64,000 nt of DNA, taken from assembly GCA_963924565.1 (NCBI GenBank), contig OZ004607.1, positions 33,976,001 through 34,040,000 on the forward strand, given 5' to 3'. Origin of the DNA: Ascidiella aspersa (lineage: Eukaryota). Made by a program: the position numbers and the translations under genes. The notes beneath the pieces are model-generated. The model made no database searches. It was not told where the DNA came from and saw only the letters and a program-made list of their open reading frames with translations. This document shows positions 1-13,157 of the stretch, one piece after another (the stretch's first letter is position 1; every line of letters starts with the position of its first letter).

Positions 1-66
1 ATAATATTACTTGACCCACCCTCACCCAAACGCTAACCCTAACCCAAACAATATGGGTTGTGGTAC
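1..66. mobile_element. Partial copy of the Merlin-like MITE (right half)
   Basis: ataatattacttgacccaccc...cccaaacgctaaccctaacccaaa...gttgtggta matches the inner arm of the 9441 and 13876 copies. Confidence 0.75.
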
Positions 67-171
67 GCGGTATTATTATTTTTTTTTTGCATAACTTTTC
101 AAGTACAATAGTGAAAGAGCGCCTAACAATTAACCTAAAAAGTTATTTCTAATTTAAATGAAAAAGCTTAC

Positions 172-357
172 CCCGGAAAAACCAGCAAACCTGGAAAGGT
201 TTATTTGAAAATCATCGTAAACGTAGACAAGGTAGCCTTTGCCAGTGGGCACTGTTGGAGTTGTTTCTGAGCCAGATGTCACTTTCCTGCGTATTTTTGC
301 GAAGGGCAGTCTGCCTTTGATTGACGAATACAACGACAGAGATCGAAACGCAAACAT
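172..357 (-). CDS. First coding exon of an unidentified gene continuing off the left edge; probable mitochondrial protein
   Basis: ATG at 357 and 62 open codons (MFAFRSLSLYSSIKGRLPFAKIRRKVTSGSETTPTVPTGKGYLVYVYDDFQINLSRFAGFSG) ending at a phase-0 donor GGG|GTAAGC. The first ~28 residues are R/K/S/L-rich with no acidic residues, like a presequence. Head-to-head with the gene at 926. Confidence 0.55.
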
Positions 358-925
358 GCTACAATACAAAATCGTTAAGAAAAGCGCTGCAAATATTTCT
401 CATAGCAAAGATACAGCACGAAAAGAACGGCTAGTGAAACACTTCAATGAAAATGCAAAAAAGAAGGAAGGATTATAGCGAAAGGTTATTGCTATTATCG
501 TTGATGCTGTTTGTAATGTGCAGAGAAAACATGCCTAACGCCATGAACCGTGACTTTGTTAAATGAAGCATTACTTTTCATTTTTTAACAATTTTACAAA
601 ATTCTATGTTATTTCCATACATAACTGTACTAAAAATTTTCTAAAATTTTACATGCTTAGGAATTTGCAAAACAAGCAATTTTATTTAAACTTTTTTAAT
701 TCAAAAATTGTTTTTCTGCCACAGGCTTCGGTGGTGGCGCTGTTGGCACCTTAATCTGTCAACATCAAGACACAAAACTTTTATCGTATTCCTAAATACA
801 CAAAATCTGTTGACGCTAGAGATATCAGGTTATACAGTAGAATGAATAAAAGTTCGCATTGATTTTAGCACACTAATATTTTCTGGCACTAAGTTGGATT
901 CCAAGTTTGTAAGGGAGCATTAAAG

Positions 926-3900
926 ATGTCAAAAACTCCAAGGACACCTCGGGCCAAAAGCAGCGGCATGCGATCACTGGGGGCAATAAGACTTCAGCAA
1001 GGAACCAATGTAACTCCTTTACGGTATGATGCCATACTTTATCCAATAGAAAATTAAATAAATTTTAATTTGCGTTCTAATTTTTGAAATTTATTCAAGC
1101 CTTAAGGACAAAAACACTTTCTTTTATGTAATATTTTTATTTGTTTTTCTTCAAAATTTAAGTCTTTTTTTACTTTGTTTAATAACAGTGTTGTTTAATA
1201 TATGACAAGATATAGATTGTATGTAATCTGATGAGACATACAATTACAAGCATATACTGATGTTCTCTAATGAATTACATTGTATTATACGGTGCAATAA
1301 CATAAAAAGTTTTACATTTTGTTTAATGTTAATCAAGGAATACTTTGAAACGCCTTATCATTATCCTATTTATCACTAAAATGTGTTATAAGAATTTGAC
1401 AAACGGTTTATTTAACAGAAATGATCCAGCACTTACTATCAATCAAATCCTTACAACCAGCGTGCCAATTCCTTCTGCTACAAGTCAAGTAAAAGACTTT
1501 GCAAGAGAAAGGGAATTTCAGGTAAAACCTTTACATTTACATTACCTTTTTGTTGATGTGTTTGGGTTTAGTTTGTTTGTTTGTTCTTTATAAATGATTG
1601 ATTTTATTGACTTATTTGCTTTGCCTTTAACAATTTCTGTGTGTTGTTGTGTCAAAAGCTTTACCACTAACCAGCTTTGCAAATGCGCATAACAGAATTT
1701 AAAGACTTTGTTGAACGAAGAACAACAGGAAAAAGAGGTTTCCAAGCACAAGCTAAGTGCATCAAAGGTTTCCTTTAAAGCAATACAGTTTAAAGCTTAG
1801 TATTATGTTTTTAACAGCTATTTTTTAGTTGTTTGAAATGTTGTTTTGCAGTGTGTTTTGAGATGTTTGTGTTACAGTGGGTGATAAAAGTAATGTTAAA
1901 ATTAAAGCCACACTAGAAAAAATATATACACATAAAGCTTTTCTGCTTGCTCCTTTATTAAGGTATAAAATTGAAAAAAAATTATTCATTTTTTTTTCTT
2001 TTAAGGAAAGAGAAAAGAGGCTTAAGGATGACATTGCGGCGCTGCAAAAAATAATAGTCCAGCTACGGCAAGAGCTAAAACTGAAGTCAGAAACATGTGA
2101 TCATTTGCAAACAACTATTACTGTGAAGGTAATAACAATGTAAATGTATTTAAAACAATAGATTGGTGGTTACCTAAATTGCTTGTATTTTTAAACAACT
2201 TCATACTCAAGTTGATGTGCAATTTTCTTGGTGTAATGGCTTGGGCAATTTGTTTTTTCGAATATTTAACCAAGATACGTAGATTAGTTTAGAAATTAAA
2301 AAAATATGTTAAATTAAAAATGTATATGTAGTAAAATAGCTTGAACAACTAGTATTATTGCCAAAAATATTATGTTTTTAATTTTTTATGTCCGTCTTTG
2401 TATGTATTTTCCTAAACCTTTGTATTTTTAGACATCTTTTTATAGAGGCCATAGACACAGCTTTCAACTTATTTACCTAACATTACTTGCAAAATTTTTT
2501 GTCAATCAGAATGAAGAATACCAACAAAATCTGGAGGCAGTGGAAAAGGAACATGCCCATACCAAATTAGAACTGGATTCTAGTCACATTACACAGAAAG
2601 AATTGCGAGGGGAACTCAGTGCAGCAAGAATATCCCATGAAGAAAGAGTTCAAACAATTATAGATGAGGTTGATATACTGAAAGCATAATTTAGAGTTGT
2701 TTTATCCTATTGTTTTACCTAAATTGTAAGTGTTACATCCAGTGTCACGTGACTTAAAATCAATTGGTGGGAGTGGGTTGTTGTTTTATATGTGAGTTAG
2801 TTCAATTTATGAAAAAGAAATTATCTACATCATTCTTTTATACTGTTTATTCTAGTGTCGATTTCAGACTTTTGTGAAAAAAAATTATTTTCATTTCTTT
2901 TTGTTTTAAGAAACTAACAGAATAATATCTTAAATTATTTTTTTCAGTATGAAGCAAAACTGAAAGAGCTTCAAGAAAGTAAAGACAGAGAACTAAGAGA
3001 AAAAGACGAAAAACTCCATGTTCTTAAGAAAAGAATGGCAGATACCCTGGGAAAAAACTCAATGTTAGAAGTTTTATATAAAACTGAAAATACACTTTTT
3101 TTAATTAAGCCAAAATATCTTTATTAAAATAAGCCAAATTTGTTTATTTTTTAAATATAGACAGTTACTTAATGCATGTGTTGCAGTTTCCTAAATGTTT
3201 TAAGGGTCTTGTTTTATATTGATTTTTTCACTATGTATATTTTTGGCTGTCTAGAAACACTAAAAAAATTATTGCAAATTTTTTGTAGGGAAAGACAGCA
3301 TCAGCTGGAAGAATTAAAACGTGATTTGGTGAAGCAATCTCAAGAAGCCAGAGAACTTCAGCAAAAACTTAAACAATTTCAGCTCAAACCCAAACAGGTT
3401 AAAACAAGTTGTTAAGTGGCCGGGTTGCTTTATTTTGTTATCTTGTTTGGAATTGAAACAATTGCCTACAATAGTGTTGAATGGGTCTATACTGTATGGG
3501 GAAAAGTGCTCACAAATTAATAAACATTAGCTAATCTTCCAAGATGTGTATTAGCCTTAAAAAACATGTCATTTGTCCCAGTCAATTCATTGGTAAAACA
3601 ACTTCAGTACAGGACATTACTTGCCCAAGTCATAATTTGAGCAAGTTAACTCCAAGTCAAGTCCTTGTTATAAAAATAAAACGTTAAAGGATTTAAATTG
3701 GTAAACTGGTCTAATTATGAGCAATAACTGACTAAAAAAATAACAAAGTCCTAACATATAGCAAGCAGATTGCATTATGTGCAAAAATTAAGATAAATAA
3801 CCCAATTTTAAGAAAAAATGCTTAATGAACCTATTTCAACTCAATTCATTTGTCCAAAACATTAAGTCAAGTCTATGGTAACAGAAATGACTTAAGTACA

Positions 3901-6371
3901 CTAAAGTCCAGTGGTTGCATTGCAATACTACACATTCAACATTGTCTTGAAAATTAATGAAATAATTTAATGTATTGTGTTAGTGTGACAACTGCGCTAA
4001 ACTAGAAGCAATGCTAGACGACAAGACTTTACAATTACGACTCAAGGAAAAAGCAATAAATGACCTTCAGGGAATTGGAAGAAAAATGCAAGTTCAGCTT
4101 CATCAGCAGGTAAACATAACTGGTTTGTCGCTGTATTGCAAACTTAGAAAAATGCAAGCTTTTTTGGCTCCAGCGGAATTTTAGCATTATATTTATATTT
4201 ACAAAGCATAAAAAACATGAATATGAAAGCAGAGTTTAAATCAATTAAAAACTTGGGTACACTATGCACGGATCTGTAATGTAGCTTAATAATAAATTTC
4301 AAAGCCAAAAAGGTCGAGTAGATCGAGAGCATCTTGATTAAGACGTTTCGATACGAACTTGTATCATCTTCAGTTAGTGTGTGACTGAAAAGCAAATCAA
4401 AGCTTCACTTATAAAAGGTAGGACGCAATTGTTATCATCAGAGTTTTTACAGTTGGAGCCTTTTGGTGTTGAATAGGTAGAGCGGTGTAGATAAGGTGTC
4501 GACGTTCAGTTCAGGGCTGCAGTCTTGAATAGATAGCGACTCGAGTAGCCGCAATCTAAATACGTCTGAAGCCCCTCCGAGCACTTCGGGTTTGCAAAAA
4601 TCAACCTTATGGTCCGAGTGCTGCAGAAGATGTCTGCAAACCTCTGATTTCTCGTCCACTCTGTGTTCTTTGACCCTCGTTAAAAGATTTCGTCCGGTTT
4701 GACCAATGTAGGAAGCACCACATAAACACGTTAATCTATACACGACACTAGATCGCTGCAAATGTTCCTGTCGATCCTTTATTCGAAACGATTTCGTCAT
4801 TTTGGTTGTGTCGTGGATCAATCGAAATCCAACTTTGCCACCAGTAAGTACAAACCTGTGAATTTCACGGCGTATATGGTGTGAAGCTGGGCCTATGTAT
4901 GGCAGTCGCATCAATATATAACGTAATTGCTTTTCTTTGCATGGTACTGAAGGTGCTTTTTCAACTCGGTGTTTATTGTTAAAGAACTGCTCGATGCATT
5001 TGTCGAGAAATTCCAAGGGATATCCGTTACGTAGTAGCATTCGCTTGATCTTGCTTATGTCCACATGGATAACCTTGTAAGAGTTGGCGATCTTGTAAGC
5101 CCTCTGCAACAGGGAAAAAAACAAATTACGTTTATACAGTCGAGGTGTAAAGCTACACCATTTAGTGTTGAGACCTATGTGAGTAGGTTTCCTGAATGTC
5201 GATGTTCGGGTTCCGGTTGTATTTTCCACTAGAACGTCTAGGAAACTGATCGTTTTGTTATGTTCCAGCTCTTTAGTGAAGGATAGACTGGGGTGAACTG
5301 AATTAATACAGTTAAAAAACATGTCCAAAGATTTAACATCACCAAGAACATGTCGTCTACATAACGACATAGTAGCTCAGGCCTGTGATCGGGCTTGGTC
5401 TTGTCGATTGCCTTCTGTATCACGTGGTTCATCTTCACTAACTGTAGATGATACAAGTTCGTGTCGAAACTTCTTAATCAAGATACTGTCGATCTACTCG
5501 ACCTTTTTGGCTTTGAAATTTATTATTAAATTAAAAACTTACAGCTGAAAGTTTAAAATAAAAAAAATATTTTAAAATTCCGGTGACTTAATCATTGAAT
5601 GAATTTAAGCTATACTTAGATGAAACAATTTTTATAATCCAAAATAATAATATCAATAAATTGCTCTGTCAGATTTGAAATTAGAGATAAGTCGATCTGA
5701 ACTAATTCCAATTTTACCTCTTGTTCACACATAATTCAAGTGTCTGTATAGCTACAACATTTTATGTTTTTCATGTTCAACTGAAGTGCTTATTTAAGTT
5801 TCAAACAAAGGAGAGGTTGCTTTTTATAAGTTGTATATTTCACGATTTTTTTCATGAAACTATTTTTGAGGCAATTTATTGATTGTAGGCCTATTACTTT
5901 GTTTTAAAATATGAAGCTTGATAATGCAGTTTAGTAGCTGTAGGATGATTAAAAATAATTAATCATGGAGCAAAAAAAATATTTTAAAGAAGCACATTAT
6001 TTAAAGCAGATATATTTTACTTCATCATTTATGCTGCGTTTACTTGTAAAAACGAAAGAAAAAGGCTATAGAAAATAAAAACCAGATACTTACAGAGAAG
6101 AAGTGCATTGTTAAAAGATCAAAAACAACAGGATCATATGAAGACCGTCTGCATTAGAGCAGGGATTAGATATCCAAAGAAACAGCCTGTAAATGAGGTA
6201 GAAGGATGTCATGTGAATTATGGTCAGAAGAAATTATTTCAAGGTGTGAAAGCGTTTCAAAAAAATTCATGAAAATGTAAATGCCAATGAGGTATTGATC
6301 ACTGTTTTAATTTCTGACAGGACATCATTCTTCAAAAATGGGAGGAGCGGGAGAATAAAAATGGATTTTAA
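926..6371 (+). CDS. Uncharacterised coiled-coil protein, ~318 aa, 9 coding exons
   Basis: Exons 926-1023, 1419-1521, 1696-1767, 2006-2128, 2510-2668, 2948-3063, 3289-3397, 3984-4109, 6321-6371 join in frame at GT-AG sites. The product is E/K/Q/L-rich with heptad character and a CDNC motif. The exon 3 boundaries are the least certain. Confidence 0.75.
4286..5529 (-). mobile_element. 5'-truncated Penelope-like retroelement (RT C-terminus + GIY-YIG endonuclease) with inverted terminal pLTR fragments, in the last intron of the coiled-coil gene
   Basis: ORF 4447-5370 has the RT thumb (SFLDVLV, FRKPTH) and GIY-YIG motifs (VVYRLTCLCGASYIGQTGRNLLTRVKEH, LESLSI, PELN). The RYVDD catalytic motif is in the overlapping frame 5238-5456, implying a frameshift. 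94-bp inverted repeats at 4286-4379 and 5436-5529. Confidence 0.92.
4339..4376 (-). ncRNA. Minimal type-I hammerhead ribozyme motif of the Penelope pLTR, core intact
   Basis: Minus strand reads taa-CTGAAGA-t-GATAC-aagttc-GTATC-GAAACGTC-tta: conserved core, 5-bp stem II, palindromic ACGT helix III, GUC cleavage triplet, 3-bp stem I. Confidence 0.75.
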
Positions 6372-8592
6372 AGCTTTTTAAGTGTACTTTACTAACACAT
6401 AATTTATTATACATTAGCAATTGCTACTGACTAATTAATTATTCTACTTGATTTGATAAAACCTAATAAGTAGTGAGTGTTGTCTTTTGGAAGTTAAGCC
6501 AATCTTTTCTATGTGTGACATTAACAACCTATTCAATTAATAATCTAGGACTGTGTTCTTGATGCAATGGATCAGAGAAAATGATCTACACTTTCTACAC
6601 CAGAAGCTTAAACATCCATTAGAGAAAACATATGATTTCTTACTTACCTCTTTTCAAATACTTATGTAATATGTTCTTCAAATTTACCAACCTTTTTTGT
6701 TGCTACTAACAATGTGTTAGAATAACACACAAAAAAATTTAGCTGTAAGTCAGCAAGATTGACCAGGACAGATTTTTCTATTTTTGCCTCTGTGTTTCTT
6801 TAAATCTAGATTTTTTAATTAATTATCTACAACTTTTGACTATAAATTTATCTCAATTTACGCTGTGTATGTTGCCAAATTGCAAACGTGGAAATTGCCA
6901 AATTGCAATATGTGCCATTGCACCTTTTTGTATTGTGACATATAGAGGCATACTTGATTTAGTAGATGGCTGTACTTGTGTTATTGCATATGCAGTTAGT
7001 TTGTGTTCCATTATGTTCACAGAAGCAATGTGCCTTCATGAAAACTTTCTTGCCATGACAATAAAATAAAGACATTAATAATATGAATTTGGGTAAGTAG
7101 TCATTTGCTTCATATTGTTTATTACAGTCGTAAATTGTTTCAGTTAAATCAAAAGTACTGCACAGAAATCTTAAAATTGTTTTGTGTTTAAGATAAAAAA
7201 GACTGCTTTATTTACTAATGTTAATTGCCAAATTTTCTATATTTTTTTCGTATAATTCTGTTTGTATATTTACACATTTTTATGTATTAGAGAACAATTT
7301 GTATCGAACCGAATAAGATATTTGTCGTTACTTACACTGTGAATTCTGAAAAAAATAATTCTTGGTGTGTGTAAATTTTATTTCGATACTTTTCCTATTA
7401 GTTTTATATCTTATAACTTCCTAATGGTTTGTAAAATAAAATTCATCTTTCCCTACATTGTTTTTTTTAGAACTGTTCTAAATAGTATAGTTGTTTGATC
7501 TTTTAATAGGATACATCATCTTAAATTAAAGAAGCCATTTTCAGTACCTTTATTAACTCATATGGATTTTTATGTATTTTTTTCGAGTTAGAACTTGTCA
7601 TTTATCATAATGCCTTGCTTGAAACTAAAATCTATTAATTTGAATATTTTTGTTAGTTTTACCTGAAAGTTGATTTTTTAAATACAGCAATGTATAATTT
7701 AAATAGGTAATATAATCTACCAATTATTTTTATCCCATTATAAGGGACGGTGAACCACTGACCCATGGGCAAAAAAGTGACTCGTTTCAGATACTGGGGT
7801 ACCCACTTATTGTCAAAGTAACGAAATATAGTAAAGAATGTGTGAAAAACAATTAGATATACCAGGATAACTTTTAGGATCTTAAAAGTCAGGCAAATCC
7901 TACAAACTACATCTTAATAAACTTTGATTACCAACCAAGGAAATAATATTTGTAGAGAATATGCAATAGCAAGTTGTATATAAAATTGACATCAGTATGA
8001 CCAATAATTAAGGTCTTGTTTGTAATCCACACAATAAAAAGGTTTGCTAGTCCTGGCCTATATCAATATAATGCCACAAAAAAACAGTATTTCTACATAT
8101 AAAGTTATGAAAGTATTCCAGTGAACATTAAACTTATAAATTAAAAATGCTGAACAAAAACAAATTTATTTTATATAACACATACACATTGTTAATCGGA
8201 AATTTATAAATTAAATGTAAAAAATTAGAATAAGTAAGTTGTATTGTAATAACATTGAAACAACATTATATGAGTGTAATTTTATGTGAACAACAAAATA
8301 TTGTTCATTACACTCTTGCATAAGAACTGCAATACCAACGACACTGTTTGTTGATTGTTGATCAACAAGTTTTACAACAAAAACTTTGCTACTCTTAAAT
8401 TCTCGACCTATTTAACGCCGGGTGGGTAAATTAAAAGAGATATAATTCTCTTTGTGTTTATAAATGATGCCACCGTAACAACAAAATGCGACATTTATGG
8501 GGCTGAATAACCAGGAAGGACAAGTTTTGAAACCACTGACCAAGCCTTGGTTTCACACTTTTAAATTAAACAGTAAAAACACAGTTGCACTT

Positions 8593-9927
8593 CTAGGACT
8601 TTGGCATTTGTGGCATCCCGGGATTTTGCACCGCTTTACTCATTGCCTCTTCGTCTGCTTGCGATATTTCCGTCAGCTTCTTTCCGATTTGTTCGTGAAT
8701 GTCCAGGTACTTTGCCACGCACCGGTCAATGCAAACTGCTTCGCCCTTTTCGAGGTCTCCCTGGTGATATTTGGTGTTCACACATTTCTTGTGGCAGCTA
8801 GTTGTCATCCTGTAAATTAAAAGACAGTACCACCATGTTTAACTTCAAAAAGCAGCAGTAAAATAATAATTTCCATAAAGAGATGACTAATGCGATGATT
8901 TTTATGTGTTTTTTTTTATGTCTAAACGCATTTCCATATAAAATCTTTGAAGACTATTATAGTTAAACCCAAAAACAATTTGTCAGAAACAGAAGGTATG
9001 TGTAATTTGTATCTTGTTTGCAAGGAAAAGAGAATACTGGTTTTCTAATAATTTGTATAACCAACATGTTCAATTCATACAAACACATGTTTATCAAAGT
9101 TTAGTGCATTAGAATGTTGCTTAAAAAGTAGCAAAACACAGTATTACTGATTCTACACAAAATACGAGGAAAATTTTCACTAAATGTTGTTTGGAAAATA
9201 AAGATTATCTGGCATAATAAGGCTGTTTACAACTGCGGTTTTTCAAAAATCACACAGAAACCTTGAGGGTTATTTTATGATACGCAGGGATATAGGTTGT
9301 GTTTCACATTGGAAGGTTTAGAGCCATTGCCAGCATTTCATGGAAAGTCAAATTTAGGTCAGGCTTAGTTTTCAATTGTAAGTAAGATGATACAGTCAGT
9401 CACCCAATTATGCATTAACATATCACTGCATGCAATATTTGGCGCTGGTCTAGAATCCTACCACAGTTCTAAAATCAACGCACAAAATTTGAGTTAGGAT
9501 GCGGGTTAGCGTTTGGGTGTGGGTGGGTCAAGTAATATTATATTCCTAATTTAATAATAATAGTTGACCCACCTTAACCCAAACGCTAACCTGTGCCCTA
9601 ACCCAAATGGTGTTTCGTTGTGGTAGGATTCTAGACCAGCGCCAAATATTCTTTTAAAATGAATTTAAATTTTGAGGTGTACATTTTCGCAATTTAAGCT
9701 TTAGGCACACTTAAGGTTCATATGCATATTACAACTTAACCACCAATGCGAACCAAGTGTAAACTTTCCAAAATTATTGTGACCAATTCATCCTTTAAAA
9801 GTGTGGGCAAAAATATACAATTGAACGCATTACAAAAACATACACAAACGAGATACCTGTTGTACATGTCTGCCATCATTTCAACTTCAAGCTCTGCGGC
9901 GAGTTTCTGTGCCTGGGCCGGGTCCAT
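8593..9927 (-). CDS. TIMM10: Mitochondrial import inner membrane translocase subunit Tim10, 95 aa
   Basis: Exons 9857-9927 and 8593-8809 give [33 protein letters not shown]...[20 protein letters not shown], with twin CX3C motifs. Confidence 0.97.
9441..9643. mobile_element. Merlin-like MITE (203 bp)
   Basis: TIR GGCGCTGGTCTAGAATCCTACCACA, palindromic body, flanks caatattt/aaatattc (degenerate 8-bp TSD). 5 differences from the 13876 copy. Confidence 0.85.
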
Positions 9928-10747
9928 GACGATTCTGTGTATTGTTTATTTGTAAATTCCAAAACTGTACTATTATAGAAACAGATAATTTTAAAAACTT
10001 GCTGGTCTTTTACTTGGTAACCTTGTTATCGTACTTACGTGGAGGAGCCAATGACAATTTGCTCATCCGTAACCTTGTGTCGCTTGTCAAAGCATAGTTT
10101 GTCACGCTTGGCGATTCTATAATTCTCCTTCGGTGCTTTACGAATTATCTTCTTGTTTATTTCACTCTGGCGGCACATGGGATTTTTAACTATTTATCCT
10201 AAGCTACAGAAAAGGATTTAAACCCCTGAGAAAAAAAATTAAGGCAAATACTAGTTATTTGTATTCCCATTGTGTTTTATTGAAGACTTCTCTTTTAAAG
10301 ATCCTTTAAGTTACTTTTTATCAGGTTGTACTTGAAATCGGAATACTTGTCTTGTGTTGGATTTCGATTCAGTGACGTTTCACTTTGTCTTCGCCTTGTA
10401 AACGAAAAACAGCTGTTTTCTTAAATTTTATACTTTTTAAATCAATGAACATAACATTTGCGTTATATAAAACCTAATTGTTTTGGTCGTATAATAAAAT
10501 TAGGACATGGTTTGGTCATTGGTTTAATTAATATAAATCCTCAGGCCCATAACACAAACATACGCAATCTGTTTTTTTTAGATAAATTCGTGCCTGCATT
10601 AGAAGAAGATTTCGATAGTGAGGCTGGTATTATCAAGTAAATATTAAAAATATTTATTTCAGTAAAATTTAATTCCTGTACTTTAAAACCTTGTTTAGAG
10701 TTTACAAATACCGAGATTTCAGATATTAAAAATAAATTATCAGAAAA

Positions 10748-12414
10748 ATGGTTGACAACGTAACAAAAAAGGCTCTTTCAAACATTCCACTTTTGAAGAC
10801 AAAATGTGGACCACGAGATAAGGCTCTGTGGGTGGAAAGATTAAAAGAGGAATATCAAGCTCTGATTGTGGCAAGTATTTATTTTTTACTAACATATATT
10901 TTACATACCATTAAAGTTTAATTAACCTAAAGCAGCTGATGTTATTTTCATTTAAATTTTGAGCTTTTTCCTCTTTTAAATACTACTTAGTTTAAATAAT
11001 TTACATTGTGCAGTACATAATACATGGTGTGTTAAACTGTAAAGTAATATGTTGAATTATTTTTTAAATTAATTAAATTAAAAATAATACTTGTATATTC
11101 AAGTACAACATATTTATCTGTTATGTTTTTTTTAGTATGTGAAAAACAACAAAGACAATGATAATGATTGGTTTCGACTTGAATCTAATAAGGATGGGAC
11201 CAAATGGTTTGGAAAGTGTTGGTTTATAATGGATTTGAAGAAATATGAATTTAAAATAGAATTTGATGTAAGGTTGTTGAAAATATATGCTGATATTGAA
11301 TAAACCTTTTAAATTAATTGTATTTTAATCTTGATCAGTTAAACTTCATATAATCAATAGATCTCTTTAAGATAATTTTCTGATGCTTTTTATAGTAATA
11401 ATGTTGTAATGCTTCTTGAATTGAATTAAGTTTTTTGGACAAATGACTTAACTTGACTTACCCTAAATACGACTTTGGATAAAATAAAGTATTTTTATTA
11501 TTCTTTTTTTTAATTCGGTTATTTATTTTAAATTCTGTACAAAAAAAAAATTCTTGATATATGTTACAATTTTGTAATTATTGTAACAGTTAAACAGTTT
11601 ATTTTTATGACAAACACTAGCTCTAATTTCTACAAATGACTTGTCTACAACACTGTTTAGTATAATGCTTGAGATCAGCATTTTTGAATATTTTTTGTTT
11701 GTTGTTTGAAACATTTTTTTTGTCTAGAATTGTACCTTTATTTGTGTTCTGGATTTGTAGCCTAATTTAACACAATATAGGGTATTTATTTATGTTAGAT
11801 TCCAATCACATACCCGACAACCGCACCGGAAATTGCACTGCCAGAGTTGGATGGAAAGACGGCCAAAATGTACAGAGGGGGGAAAATATGCTTAACCGAC
11901 CATTTCAAGCCTCTATGGGCGAGAAATGTGCCAAAGTTTGGAATTGCCCATGCTATGGCACTTGGGGTAAATATGCAAAACATTATTTTGTGATTCTAAA
12001 ACCTCTTAGGTTCGTTTTACCATATTTAAGTATCATTAAAACATTAGAATTTAGTAAGGTTAATTCATCATGGGTGAAAGTAGTAAACAAAGCTAACCTA
12101 ACATTAAACTTCATTCTATAAAAAATAGTTGATTTATTTTAAATATTGATAAATTGATTCAACTGGAATTAAATAACATTTTAAACAGGTTCAACACCAG
12201 CTTACATCATTTTCGGTGTAACCAAAATTCACAAATTCATTCACATTTTGTCATTGTTCCTTTTTTAAATAAATAGATAAATAAAAAAAAATAAATGAGG
12301 ATACCACTAAAAGTAACATTACTATTTTACATGTTTTAGCTTGGTCCGTGGTTGGCTGTTGAAATTCCAGATCTTGTTGAAAAGGGAATTGTGAAACACA
12401 GCGATGAAACGTAA
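10748..12414 (+). CDS. UFC1: Ubiquitin-fold modifier-conjugating enzyme 1, 165 aa
   Basis: Exons 10748-10870 (GC donor), 11136-11267, 11799-11966, 12340-12414. Motifs [91 protein letters not shown]. Confidence 0.97.
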
Positions 12415-12896
12415 ATCTTACAAGCCTTCTGTCAATTTTATTACTAGTTTTTTTGTTCCATTTCAGAGAAAGTACTATATAACTGAATGGTGTGGCTATG
12501 GTATCTTCTTGTGCACTATATCGATAAACGTTTTCTGATTACCACTATCTGGATATATATTTTTTTTAAATATTTCCATTTTTTAATGTTTCACATCAAG
12601 AATTACAAAGTAAATGCCTCTGGATTGTGTTTACCAAGATTTAAAAAAGTTTGTATGAGCGATAAATGTGTTATGCAAATAACAAAAATGTTTTTCTGTT
12701 TTTTCTGTACTTTTGTGTCTTCTCTTAAAGTTTAATAAAAAGCTACAGTGTGCAATAGAATCTTTACTTTTTTATAGGAAAAGTTTGTAGGATTTATTGT
12801 CAACCAAGCAATAAAGACAATAAACGACATTTTATGAAAGGACGTGAGAAAATCACAAAAAAAATAGTTGATTTATCCATAAAAAAAATAGCTGAT

Positions 12897-13157
12897 TTAT
12901 CCATTATCCCCTTTTCGCCCGCGAAATCTAGTCCTCATATCCAATATAGACTTTCTGCATTGTTGGTAGGAATACTGTAGGTGTCTGCAACTCTCAGGAA
13001 CGTTGGCAGCCGGGTCAGTAAAGCATTCCCTCACAGGCCTTTTGTCAACTTTGATGCAGTCACTTTCAAGAAAGCACTTTTTAAGTTCATATCTTATCCT
13101 CCAGCATGCTTGGCTTGTGTCAAGCTCCACCTCTTGCTTTGTAACGAAATCAACCAT
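12897..13157 (-). CDS. COA5: Cytochrome c oxidase assembly factor 5 (Pet191 family), 86 aa, single coding exon
   Basis: Six-Cys pattern (C-x9-C..SDC..C..C-x9-C) and the diagnostic C-terminus CRKSILDMRTRFRGRKG. Confidence 0.93.
   Translation of the reverse strand: MVDFVTKQEVELDTSQACWRIRYELKKCFLESDCIKVDKRPVRECFTDPAANVPESCRHLQYSYQQCRKSILDMRTRFRGRKGDNG

Noticed and set aside
239-478. 79-aa plus-strand ORF
   Set aside because: Non-ATG start, no family motif, and it overlaps the better-supported minus-strand exon.
10581-10640. Exon-like DKFVPALEEDFDSEAGIIK segment upstream of UFC1
   Set aside because: I found no upstream ATG exon; at most a 5'-UTR exon.
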